From an uncultured Acidobacteriota bacterium (GTDB lineage: Bacteria > Acidobacteriota > Polarisedimenticolia > J045): a stretch of DNA of 64,000 nucleotides. Of this stretch, positions 44,444 to 54,450 are shown in pieces (within the stretch, counting starts at the first letter, position 1; the number at the start of each line of letters is the position of its first letter). Made by a program: the position numbers and the translations under genes. The stretch is from NCBI GenBank assembly GCA_963702425.1, contig CAVPCQ010000040.1:1-64000 (forward strand), read 5' to 3'. The notes below the pieces were generated by a model. The model saw only the letters and a list, made by a program, of their open reading frames with translations. It was not told the origin of the DNA and ran no database searches.

Positions 44444-45798
44444 GTCGCGCTCGCGTCGCGCGGGGCCGGGCAGATCGCGCGGAAGAAGCAGCCGCGACAG
44501 GGGCGCGCCGTGGCTGCCAGTTCGAAGTCGTCTTCGCGCGCGAGGTGGCGGACCCGGTCCGACACCTTCGCGAGCATCGCGCCGATCGACGCGCGCATCG
44601 CGGTCTCGGCCGCGGCAATCGTCTCGGCGGTGATCGTGCAGGGGCGCTCCGGGTCGGCCTGGCGCAGGTAGACCTCGCGGACGCGCAGGCGCTCCGGCTC
44701 GGCCTGCCAGACCTTCCGCGCGTAGCCGGCGTAGACCATCATCTGGAGCGGGTTCTCACCCCGCTCCTTGCGGCCAGTCTTCCAGTCCAGGATGTGCACC
44801 AGCCCGTCCGGATCGCGCCAGGCGAAGTCGATCTTCACCCAGACGTCGACACCGTCCAGCGCGAACTTCTCCAGCCGCTCGACCGAGGCCCGCGCCTCCC
44901 GCGGCAGCGCGCGCGCGACATCCAGGTAGCCGTGCGCCGCGAAGGCCCGGACCATCTCATTCGCCTCGTCCACCCGCCCGCGCCACTCCTCGTCGCCGAC
45001 CGCCAGGTGCGGGTACTCGTGCTCGGTGAAGCGCGTCGCGCTGCGCGGGTCGTCGGCGGTGAGCTGGTCGCCGTCGCGGCTGGCCGCGTAGTCGCGGCGC
45101 ATCCGCGCCAGCATCCGCTCGATCGCCCGCTCGATCGCCTGCTCGACGGCCGGCTCCGCTTCGGGCGCGCGGCCCGCCAGCGCCTCGCGCAACAGCCCCT
45201 CGATCGTTTCGTGCACGCGCGAGCCGACCCACATCGGCAGCGACGTCAGCGCGGCGAGCCGCGCGGCCAGCCGCGCGCGGTCCGGGTCGGGGTCCTCCGC
45301 GCGCCCCTTGGCCAGGTAGTAGCCGAAGAAGTAGGCGCGCGGGCAGTCGGTGAACGCGCCGTGGCGCGTCGCGGACCACGAGAAGCCGGGCGGGACCGGC
45401 GCGGGGAGCCCCGGCTCCAACCGCGCGACGATCTCGAGGTCGGCCGGCAGGATCGGCAGCCCCGGCATCGCCGCCGGCGCGTACCAGCCGATCGCCTCGG
45501 CGTGGAGCGCCCGCGGCTCGCCTGCCGCGATGCGCGCGGCGAGGAAGTGCAGCTCGACCTCGCGATCGTCGTACGCGTGACGGATCACCCAGAGCGGCCG
45601 CACGCCGTCGATCTCGACTCCCAACTCTTCGCGCATCTCGCGGACCAGCGCGGCGGCGGGCGTCTCCCCGTCCTCGAGCTTGCCGCCCGGGAACTCCCAG
45701 TGGCCCGCCATGTGGGTCCCCGGCGGCCGGCGCTGGAGCAGGTAGCGGTCGCCCTGCGGCACGATGCCGGCGGCGACGCGGAGCAGGCGCTTGGTCAC
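44440..45798 (-). CDS. MutT-like Nudix hydrolase fused to a PD-(D/E)XK nuclease (AddB/Cas4-like, four Cys)
   Basis: Nudix box WEFPGGKLEDGETPAAALVREMREELGV, then FSWS...DCPRAY, GSRVHETIE, KIDFAW, ILDWKTG, QMMVY, CRGCFFRAICP in the same frame. Confidence 0.8.
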   Translation of the reverse strand: MTKRLLRVAAGIVPQGDRYLLQRRPPGTHMAGHWEFPGGKLEDGETPAAALVREMREELGVEIDGVRPLWVIRHAYDDREVELHFLAARIAAGEPRALHAEAIGWYAPAAMPGLPILPADLEIVARLEPGLPAPVPPGFSWSATRHGAFTDCPRAYFFGYYLAKGRAEDPDPDRARLAARLAALTSLPMWVGSRVHETIEGLLREALAGRAPEAEPAVEQAIERAIERMLARMRRDYAASRDGDQLTADDPRSATRFTEHEYPHLAVGDEEWRGRVDEANEMVRAFAAHGYLDVARALPREARASVERLEKFALDGVDVWVKIDFAWRDPDGLVHILDWKTGRKERGENPLQMMVYAGYARKVWQAEPERLRVREVYLRQADPERPCTITAETIAAAETAMRASIGAMLAKVSDRVRHLAREDDFELAATARPCRGCFFRAICPAPRDASAT

Positions 45799-45937
45799 GA
45801 GGGGGGGCCTCCGGGTCCCGGGATGGTAGTCACCCCCCCCGACCCGCGGCAAGTTCGGCCATTCCGGCCGATCCCCGCGCTCGCGGACGGCCTCGAATGA
45901 AACAAAACTTTGGCGCCCAGTTCGCCGGCCCGGTACC

Positions 45938-46498
45938 TTGCTGCAAAGGGCAGCGACGGAAGTCGCGTGGCTCGACGCGGAGGGTTCCTTGCTCGGCAGC
46001 GCGTTCAGTTCCCCGGCGCCGTACCTGTTCACGCAGGTGCTCACGCTCTGCGGGTTGCTCTCGCTGCTGTTCTTCTCACTGCGAGGACGTCTCGCCCCCG
46101 CTCGCTGGGCCGGGGCCCTCCGCGTCGCGTACTTCACCCTTGCGCTCTGCTTCTTCGCCGGCGCCGCGGTGGTCGGCACCTCGAGCGCGCTCCACTTCCA
46201 CGGCGCGCGCTGGGCACCGCAGGCGGTGCTGGTGCTCGACCGGCCCGCCCCGCTGGGGCCGATCGCGATTCCCAAGACGCTGGTCGCCTCGGTCACCGAG
46301 TTCGCGGTCCCCGAGCGCACGTTGCTCGGCGGCCAGCGCGCCTCGGTGCAGTTCGAAGTCGTGACCCGCTCGGGCGAGAGCTACTGGAGCGCCTCGCTGC
46401 ACGAGAAGGCGCGCGTCGACGCGCTGCGCGCCTCGCTGATCGCCGCGACCGGCGGCCGGCTGATGCGGTTCCAGATCGGGCACAGCACGCTCCAGTAG
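45938..46498 (+). CDS. Hypothetical membrane protein
   Basis: Two hydrophobic segments, GC-rich codon usage. Start is uncertain. Confidence 0.55.
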   Translation: MLQRAATEVAWLDAEGSLLGSAFSSPAPYLFTQVLTLCGLLSLLFFSLRGRLAPARWAGALRVAYFTLALCFFAGAAVVGTSSALHFHGARWAPQAVLVLDRPAPLGPIAIPKTLVASVTEFAVPERTLLGGQRASVQFEVVTRSGESYWSASLHEKARVDALRASLIAATGGRLMRFQIGHSTLQ

Positions 46499-46503
46499 GG
46501 GCC

Positions 46504-46596
46504 GCCCTCTGTGGCGGCCCGAGAACTGCCCTCTGTGGCGGCCCGAGAACTGCCCTCTGTGGCGGCCCGAGAACTGCCCTCTGTGGCGGCCCGAGA
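46504..46596. repeat. 24-bp tandem repeat, about 4 copies (gccctctgtggcggcccgagaact)
   Basis: Exact copies start at 46504, 46528 and 46552; a partial copy starts at 46576. No spacers. Confidence 0.9.
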
Positions 46597-46669
46597 TCCG
46601 CACTCCGTAGCGACCTAAAATCGAGCTCGGCGGGCGCCAGCGTATAGTCCCGGTCCGGAGTCCCGATCG

Positions 46670-48953
46670 ATGCACCCGCCCTCCCGCCCCGCCCTCCCCT
46701 TCCTGGGTTCGATCGCCCTCGTCCTCGCCCTCGCCGCCCCCCCCGCGCAGGCGACCCGCCCCGTCACCGGCCGCGTCACCAGCGAGCAGGCCGGATCGCC
46801 GTGGGCGTTCGTGACCGTCGGCGCGACGCGGATGTCCGTCGCCGATTCGGTCGGGCCGAACGACCCGATCCCGGTCGAGTGGACGACCGTCACCAACGGG
46901 CTCGGCAGCTACCGCTTCGACCTCGACGAGACCCTCCCCGGGATGGGCCGCCTGCTCGTCTTCACGTACCACCACCTGCTCTTCAACGAACTGAACGGCG
47001 GTGTCGACGCCTCGGGGATCGAACCGCGGCGCACCGACACGACGCGGCCCGGCGTGGTGACCGTCAACCTGGCGGCGGGCCCCGCCAGCGGCGTCAACTT
47101 CCAGGTCGCGTCCAACAAGCGCACCGATCGCGCACCGATGCGGGACGGCACGACGACCCTCGGCACCGACATCTTCCTGCCGTCGCGGCGCGCGGGCCTG
47201 CGCTGGCCGGCCCTGCTCCAGCGCACCCCCTATGCCCGTGCGGAGCCGCCGCGCGCGTACCTCGTCGCCGACTACGCGGTCGTCGTCCAGAGCACGCGCG
47301 GCCGGGAGGACTCGGACGGCGTGGACGAGGTCTTCGACGACGACGGTTGGGGCGCGAACCAGGACGGCTACGACGCGGTCGAGTGGCTCGCCGCGCAGCC
47401 GTTCTGCGACGGGCAGGTCGGCACGTTCGGCGCGTCCGCGTCCGGCATGACGCAGCTGCGGCTCGCCGGCGCGGCGCCGCCACACCTCGCGTGCTCGATC
47501 GCCGAGGTCGCTTCCGCCGACCAGTATCGCGACATGACCTACCCCGGAGGCGTGTTCCTCAAGAACCTGCTCGAGACCTGGCTGACGAACCAGGGCTCGG
47601 CCGGGAAGCTCGCGGAGTACTGGGCCCACCCCGACGAGGACGCCTACTGGGACGAGCGCAACCTGCTGCTTCGCGCCGGCCAGGTCCGCGCGCCGATCCT
47701 CCAGATCGGCGGGTGGTACGACCTGTTCACCCAGGGGACGCTCGACCAGTTCCGCCTCATCAACGAACAGGGCGGTCCCGGCGCGCGCCGCAACCAGAAG
47801 CTCGTGATGGGCCCCTGGGTCCACGGCGGGAGCCAGGGTCAGGCGCAGGGCGCGCTGACCTATCCTCCCCACAGCGTCTTCTCCGACTACGCGGCGCTGC
47901 GCCTGCGCTGGTTCGACTTCTGGCTGAAGGGGAAGGACACCGGGGTGATGGACGATCCCCCGGCGCGCGTCTACGCGATGGGACCCGGCCTCCCGGAGGG
48001 AGCGACCGCACCGGGCAATGTCTGGCGCACGCGGGACGACTGGCCGCCCCCCGCGACCTCCACGGCGTTCTACCTGCAGCCCGACGGCTCGCTCTCCAGG
48101 GTTCCGCCGACCGCCGCCGCGAGCGAGACCGCGTATCTCTCCGACCCCCAGCAGCCGGTGCCGACGCGCGGCGGCAACAACCTCTACGACGACGATCCTC
48201 GTCGGTCCGTACGACCAGCGCCCCGTCGACAACCGCGCCGACGTCGTCACCTGGGAGACGGCGCCGCTGGCGGAGCCGCTCGAGAGCAGCGGGGCGATCA
48301 CGATGGTCCTCTACGCCTCGTCCGACCGGCTCGACACCGACTGGGCGGTGAAGCTGGAGGACGTCTATCCCGACGGCCGCGCGATGCTGGTGACCGACCT
48401 GATCCTCAACGCACGGCACCGGCTCGGTCACCGCGAGGAGCACCTGCTCGTGCCGGGGCAGGTCTACCGCTTCGACGTCCGGCTATGGGACAGCTCGATC
48501 GTCTTCCCCGCCGGGCACCGGGTCCGCGTGGCGATCCAGTCGTCGAACTACCCGCGCTTCGAGGTCGATCCGCAGACCGGCGAGCCGTTCAAGCAGAACA
48601 CGCGCACCGAGATCGCGACGAACCGCGTGCAGCACAGCGCCGCGTGGCCGTCGCACCTGCTGCTCTCGGTGGTCGATTCGGCAGCGCCGGCAGCGTGCCG
48701 CCCCGCCGCCGCCGTGACTGGCCTCGCGGTCGAGCGGCTCGACGCCGCGACGGTCCGGCTGTCGTGGGATCCGGTCGTCGATCCCTGCCACCGGCGCTAC
48801 CGCGTCTACTCCGGGCTCTCGCGACCCGAGTGGCCGTGGATCGTTCGGCGCCCGATCGCGGAGACTGGCGAGACGTCAGTGGTCACCGGCTCGGACGGGC
48901 TGTTCTGGCAGGTCGTCAGCGAGGGGACGGACGGGGGGAACGGGCCCCGCTGA
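46670..48953 (+). CDS. Secreted CocE/NonD family hydrolase with a C-terminal FN3-like domain (frameshift near 48195)
   Basis: Signal peptide, PMRDG, LQRTPY, DGYDAVEWLAAQPFCDGQVGTFGASASG, GGWYD, GPWVHG, DTDWAVKL, SSNYPRF. Confidence 0.85.
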
Positions 48954-49031
48954 GCGGGGGCGGCGGGGCGACGGGGTGGCGAGGTGGCGCCGGGAGAACG
49001 GCAGCCTCGCTTCCGGTGCTACCCTGCCGGC

Positions 49032-50049
49032 GTGTCGAATCGCGAACCAAACGGCAAGCCCGGCGACTGCCGACTCGACCTCTCCGACACCGAGGCGGTC
49101 GTCCTGTGCCTGTCCTGCGGCGGCCGGTACGTGCGCGAACTCCCGCGGTGCACGACCTGCGGCGCCGCGCACCTGGTCCCACGCGCGCGCCTGGCGGCCG
49201 CGGTCCGGCGCTCCGCACCGAACGCTCCCCCGCACGAACTCGAGCGCCTGTGCCTGGTGCAAGTGCTCGCGGTGGAGGAACCGGAAGCGCTCGACGCGAT
49301 CCGCCGCGGAATGACCGCGGCGGGCTTTCCGCACGTCGTCGTCTCCGCTGAGGGCGCGCTGCTCGAGTCCGGCCCGGCCGCCGGCAGCGCGGTCCTGTTC
49401 GCGGCCGAGGACGACGAGCCGTCGATCCGCGAGCGCCTCGCGACGTGGCTGCCCGACGGCGCGGAGGATGTCGAACGCGAGCCCGGCGCGCCGGTCGCGC
49501 TCGAAACCCTGGTCGACGCGGAACCGCTGGCCGTGTCGCACAGCGAGTTCGAGGCCAACCTGATCCGCGGCGAGCTGGATCGCGCGGGGATCGCCTTCGC
49601 CTGCGTGCCGGGTGGACGCGGGCTGCAGTTCTTCGTTGCGTCGGCGGATGTTGCCCGGGCGAACGAGCTGTTGGACCTGCTGGAGGGCAAGACGCCGGAG
49701 GGGCAGCCGATCGCGGAGGAGGAGCTCGAGCGCCTCGCGCTCGCCGAGAGCTCGATCGACGACGGCGAGGCCGAGCCGGACGAGGATCGCGCTCGGAGCG
49801 AGGTTGCTCCGCGCGTGCCGCCCGAGCCCCAGACCTTCCGCGGCGGAGGACGCGCGTCCGGCCGCAGCGCGAACCGGGCGCTTCGGCCGCGCGGCCCGGC
49901 GGGTCGTGATCGGCGCGATGGCGCTGGGCTGCGCGGCGCTCGCCATCGCGGGGCCCGCTTCGGGCGCCTGGTCGATCGCCGCCTGGATCGGCGCGGCTTT
50001 CGCCGCGCTCCTCCTCATGCTGGACGTGGTGAACCCCGGGCCCGACTGA
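49032..50049 (+). CDS. Hypothetical protein: Zn-ribbon, DUF2007-like domain and C-terminal TM helices (probable frameshift near 49850)
   Basis: CLSC...CTTC and EFEANLIRGELDRAGI. The hydrophobic tail VVIGAMALG...LLMLD is in a shifted frame. Confidence 0.5.
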
Positions 50050-50195
50050 CCGGCCGGACGACGTCATCCTCGAACGAGCCCCGGCCTCCCGCGCGCAAGA
50101 GCCGGGATCGGGCTGCCAGCGGCGGGAGCGGATCGCTTTGAGCTGGTCGCGTGCACAGAGGGACGGTCCGGGCGATCGGGTGGCCCATGGCATAG

Positions 50196-50219
50196 CTTGT
50201 CAAGTCGTAACTTGACAAG
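50196..50219. other. Perfect palindrome at the RHS array boundary
   Basis: cttgtcaagt-cgta-acttgacaag, 10-bp arms; similarity to the other RHS cassettes stops here. Confidence 0.7.
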
Positions 50220-50601
50220 TTGGCATCCGCGCCCCGTACGGATAGTCGTCGTATCCCACGACCACGTACCCCGCCTCATCCGCCACGTCGCGCAGCGTGC
50301 CGAGGTGATCGCGGTGGTGGTACCAGTTGACGAAGTACGGCCCGCTCGGCGCGTCCGGCGTCGCGGGCGGATCGCCCGCGCACGGGTCCCGGTGGCGGTT
50401 CCGGACCATCGTGATCGCTCATTCCGGGGCATCGTGATCAGGGATTCCGGGATCGTGATCACCGATTCCGGGCATCGTGATCGCGGATTCCGGGATCCTG
50501 ATCAGGGGTTCCGGGATCGCGATCAGGGATTCCGGGCATCGTGATCACTGGTAGGCGTCGGCAGCGAACGCGGTCAATCTGGCCCTTTTTCGGAGGGGCC
50601 G

Positions 50602-52167
50602 ATGGCTGGCGAGAGGCTGCTGATGAGGAAGTTGCGCGAGATCCTGCGACTGAAATGGGAGTGCCGGCTGACGCACCGTGAGATCGCGCGGTCGGCAGGG
50701 ATCGGCACGGGTACGGTCTGCGCCTACGTCCAGCGCGCCCAGGCGGCCGGTCTGTCCTGGCCGCTGCCGGAGGAGTTGGACGACGCGGCGTTGACGGTGC
50801 GGCTGTTCCCGCCGGCCCCGGGCGTGGAGGTCGAGCGGCTGCCCCCCGACTGGAGCTGGGTGCATCAGGAGCTGCGGCGCAAGCACGTGACGCTGCAGCT
50901 GCTGTGGGGCGAGTACGCCGCGGCGCACCCGGTGAATCACTATCGCTACAGCCAGTTCTGCGAGTTGTATCGACGCTTCGCTGCGCGGCTCAAGCCGAGC
51001 ATGCGGCAGGTCCATCGGGCGGGTGAGAAGGCCTTCGTCGACTTCGCCGGGAGCAAGCCGCGGCTCGTTGACCCCGCGACGGGCGCCGTGCGCGAAGTGG
51101 AGTTGTTCGTCGGGGTGCTGGGGGCGAGCAGTGAGACCTACGCCGAGGCGGTGGAATCGCAGGAGCTGGAGCCGTGGATCCGGGCACACGTCCACATGTT
51201 TGAGGCCTGGGGCGGAGCCCCGGAGATGCTGGTCCCCGACAACTTGAAGAGCGGGGTGACGAAGCCGTGTCGTTACGAGCCGGAGGTCAACCGCAGCTAC
51301 GGCGAGATGGCGGCGCATTACGGGACCGCGGTGATCCCAGCACGGAGCTATCGGCCGAAGGACAAGGCCAAGGTCGAAGCGGGGGTGCTGCTGGCGGAGC
51401 GCTGGATCCTGGCGGTGCTGCGGCATCGCATCTTCTTCAGCCTGCACGAGCTGAACGCGGCGATTCGGGAGTTGACCGGACACCTCAACGAGCGGCGGAT
51501 CCGCGCCCTGGGTGTCAGCCGCCGCGAGCTGTTCGAGCAGCTCGACCGGCCCGCACTCAAGCCGCTGCCACCGCGGCGCTACGAGCTGGGCCAGTGGAAG
51601 ACCTGCCGGGTCAGCATCGACTACCACATCGCGATCGAATACAACACCTACAGCGTGCCGTACACGCTGCTGTACGAGCAGGTCGACGCCCGCCTCACCG
51701 CCGACGTCGTCGAAGTCTTCCACAACGGCCGCCGGATCACGTCGCACCGGCGGTTGCGGGGCCGCGGCCAGAGCTCGACCTACCCCGAGCACATGCCCGC
51801 GTCGCATCGTGCCCACGCCGAGTGGACGCCCTCGCGGCTGATCCACTGGGCCGAGAAGAGCGGCCCGGCCACGGGGCGCGTGGTCGAGCAGATCCTGCGC
51901 TCGAGGCCCCACCCCGAGCAGGGCTATCGGGCCTGTCTGGGTCTGATGCGTCTCGGCAAGAAGCACGGCGACGGCCGTCTCGAGGCGGCCTGTGCGCGGG
52001 CCGAACGCCTCGCCGCCGTGAGCTTCAAGACCGTGCACAACATCCTGCAAGCCGGTCTCGACCGTGTCCCGATCGCGGACGAGCCGTTGGCTCTGTCGCC
52101 CCCCCCGCAAGGCCATCCCAACATCCGTGGCGCGGACTACTACGTGTCCCAGGAGACCGAATGCTGA
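50602..52167 (+). CDS. istA: IS21 family transposase IstA
   Basis: N-terminal HTH, YSQFCELY, HRAGEKAFVDFAG, VPDNLKSGV, PKDKAKVE, YSVPY. Confidence 0.95.
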   Translation: MAGERLLMRKLREILRLKWECRLTHREIARSAGIGTGTVCAYVQRAQAAGLSWPLPEELDDAALTVRLFPPAPGVEVERLPPDWSWVHQELRRKHVTLQLLWGEYAAAHPVNHYRYSQFCELYRRFAARLKPSMRQVHRAGEKAFVDFAGSKPRLVDPATGAVREVELFVGVLGASSETYAEAVESQELEPWIRAHVHMFEAWGGAPEMLVPDNLKSGVTKPCRYEPEVNRSYGEMAAHYGTAVIPARSYRPKDKAKVEAGVLLAERWILAVLRHRIFFSLHELNAAIRELTGHLNERRIRALGVSRRELFEQLDRPALKPLPPRRYELGQWKTCRVSIDYHIAIEYNTYSVPYTLLYEQVDARLTADVVEVFHNGRRITSHRRLRGRGQSSTYPEHMPASHRAHAEWTPSRLIHWAEKSGPATGRVVEQILRSRPHPEQGYRACLGLMRLGKKHGDGRLEAACARAERLAAVSFKTVHNILQAGLDRVPIADEPLALSPPPQGHPNIRGADYYVSQETEC

Positions 52168-52916
52168 CCCAACCCACGATCGACAAGCTCCAGGCGATGA
52201 ACCTGCACGGCATGGCCGAGGCCTTCGACCGGCAGCAACACGACACCACACACGTCGCGCTCAGCTTCGAAGAGCGCTTCGGTCTGCTGGTCGACCACGA
52301 GTGGACCCAGCGCGAGCAGCGCAAGCTGACGCGGCGGCTCAAGCTGGCGCGGCTGCGCTACGACGCCGCACTCGAGGACGTCGAGGTCAAGCCCGGGCGC
52401 GGCCTGGATCGCCAGGTGCTGCTCGCGCTCGGCACCTGCACCTGGATCACCGAGCGGCACAACCTGATCATCACCGGCCCGACCGGATCGGGAAAGTCCT
52501 ACCTGGCCTGCGCCTTCGGCGAACGCGCCTGCCGCAAGGGCTTCACCGCCCAGTACGTCCGCGCCCCGCGCCTGATCCAGGCCCTGGCCGTGGCCCGCGG
52601 CGACGGCTCGTCCGGCCGCCTGCTGGCCCGACTGGCCAAGCTCGATCTGCTGGTGATCGACGACTGGCTGCTCTCGCCGCTCCAGGACGCCGGGCGCCGC
52701 GACCTGCTCGAGGTGATCGAGGACCGCGCCGAGCGTGGCTCGACACTCCTGGCCGGTCAGCTCCCGATCAAAGCCTGGCACGAGGTGATCGGCGAAGCGA
52801 TGCTCGCAGACGCCATCCTGGATCGCCTGGTCCACCGCGCGCACAAGATCGATCTCAAAGGGCCCTCGCAACGCGAGCTCCGCAGTCCGATCCGTGGCGG
52901 AGACAAGACCCGATGA
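52161..52916 (+). CDS. istB: IS21 helper AAA+ ATPase IstB
   Basis: LSFEERFGLLVD, Walker A GPTGSGKS, Walker B LLVIDD, ADAILDRLVH. Confidence 0.95.
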   Translation: MLTQPTIDKLQAMNLHGMAEAFDRQQHDTTHVALSFEERFGLLVDHEWTQREQRKLTRRLKLARLRYDAALEDVEVKPGRGLDRQVLLALGTCTWITERHNLIITGPTGSGKSYLACAFGERACRKGFTAQYVRAPRLIQALAVARGDGSSGRLLARLAKLDLLVIDDWLLSPLQDAGRRDLLEVIEDRAERGSTLLAGQLPIKAWHEVIGEAMLADAILDRLVHRAHKIDLKGPSQRELRSPIRGGDKTR

Positions 52917-53816
52917 TCGTCGCTGCGCTCCGAACTCGCGCTGACGCGCGACGGCCTATGGATCCTGGCGGGTCCGTGGAAAACGCATGACGTCGCGTTT
53001 CCCACCGCCCCTTGGACGGCGCGAACGGCCGCGCCGCCCACAGGCCCCACAGGCCCTGCTGCCACCCAGCCTTCAACCGATCGGGATCCCGCGTTAGAAT
53101 CTGCCGAGGCTTGACAGGAGGCGAAACTAGAACGAACCGACCGTCGCTTCGCTCCGACGCGTGATCACCATCAGCGGAATCAGTGATCACGATCCCGGAT
53201 CGGGTGATCACGATCGCCGGAACTGCCATCCCGGCCGGCTCCCTGTTCCCCGCTCGCGGACGACGGGAGACCCGTCGCGGCGCTCACCGCCCCCTCCAGC
53301 GTCTCCAGGTACAGGCTCCCGCACGGCGCCGACAGCGCCTGCGAGGCCAGCGTGTACGACAGCACGCTCGAGGCCAGCGCCGTCGGCGTCAGCAGCACCG
53401 TCGTCAGGCCGTCGCCCGAGCGGAAGAACAGCCGCTGCGACTTTCCGGTGTCCTGCGCCAGGCTCCAGCGCACCACCAGGCTGGTCGCCGTCCAGTGGAT
53501 CGAGAGCGCGCGGACCGGGTTCGGGGAGGAGGTCGTCACGGAGGGATCGTAGACGATCGCGACCGGGGCCGAGAAGCCCGAGCCGGTCTGGCCGTCCTTC
53601 CGGATCCGGACCCAGTTCGTCTCCCCGGGCGAGAGCGCGCTCTCCGGCAGCGTGAACTTCCCCTGACCGTCGAGCGTCACCCCGGCGACGCGATGCCGGT
53701 AGCCGGAGGGCGCCGCGATGCCCGCCATGTACGTCCCCGCGAGCGCCACTCGTCACGACTGATCCAGGTAGGCGGATCGATCTGCGCGTAACGGCGATAC
53801 GCCGATACAGGCCGCT

Positions 53817-54314
53817 TCAACGGTACTTTCGTATTCTGTAATCATCTGCGCCTCGCGCGTTCTTCTCCCCCAGCAGCACGTCCTCGGCGAGCCCGATCGC
53901 GATTCTCGTGCGACCTTCCTTGTCGCGAAGAGCAATCCCGCTTCCCTTATCCGACGCCAGGAGGCTGCAGGACGCGCCCTTCTCTTGCGCCACATCCAGT
54001 CTCGCCCCTTTCCGATCTGCGGCGATATAGATCACTGGCGCCTTGGGACCGAGCTCGTTGACGACTATCATCGGGAATCCACCGTCGAAGCCGATCGAGA
54101 TTTCCCACCCGCCATCGGAAACACTGATGCTTTTCGCTGAGATGAAATCAGCCTTGATGAAAGACGCATCGATGCGCGTTCGTTGCTTGGACTCCTCGGC
54201 GGCGAGGGGCCGACCGACCAGTAGCAATGCTCCACATATCGACACGGCCACCCATATTCGCCACGCCTCGATAGTGAATACAATCGGTCCCGTGGTGGAT
54301 GCTCCTCTGCCCAT
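53817..54314 (-). CDS. Putative immunity protein (exported) for cassette D toxin
   Basis: GGAGGT RBS, signal peptide (…LLLVGRPLA-AEE), lower GC, directly downstream of the toxin. Confidence 0.6.
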   Translation of the reverse strand: MGRGASTTGPIVFTIEAWRIWVAVSICGALLLVGRPLAAEESKQRTRIDASFIKADFISAKSISVSDGGWEISIGFDGGFPMIVVNELGPKAPVIYIAADRKGARLDVAQEKGASCSLLASDKGSGIALRDKEGRTRIAIGLAEDVLLGEKNARGADDYRIRKYR

Positions 54315-54450
54315 GTCGCCACCTCCTGCAACTGTCCCGCAACTCAAGTGTCACTCGCCATCCGCACGTGTCGCGCATCGGGACGGCCCGGTTGCTGTAC
54401 GGATGCGGTGAAGGGTCCGCGCCTGTTGATCAGCTGCCCATTCCTGCGCC

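Larger units (their letters stand above)
50393..53228 (+). mobile_element. Complete IS21-family insertion sequence with 6-bp TSD (TCCCGG)
   Basis: TG...CA ends, terminal IRs tggcggttccggaccatcgtgatc / gatcacgatcgccggaactgcca, subterminal repeats, tcccgg at 50387-50392 and 53229-53234, istA-istB inside. Confidence 0.95.
50200..53749 (-). pseudogene. RHS cassette E: truncated, toxin-less and interrupted by IS21
   Basis: 53749-53229 encodes a diverged copy of the insert domain. After the IS, 50392-50222 continues with ...GPYFVNWYHHRDHLGTLR...YPYGARMP and then ends. Confidence 0.85.

Noticed and set aside
46504-46596. Possible mini-CRISPR near a Cas4-like nuclease
   Set aside because: The repeats are head-to-tail without spacers, and no cas1/cas2 or effector genes are in the window.
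50393-50548. Regular 21-22-bp repeats resembling a CRISPR array or iterons
   Set aside because: There are no unique spacers, and inverted copies occur at the other end of the element. These are IS21 terminal repeats.
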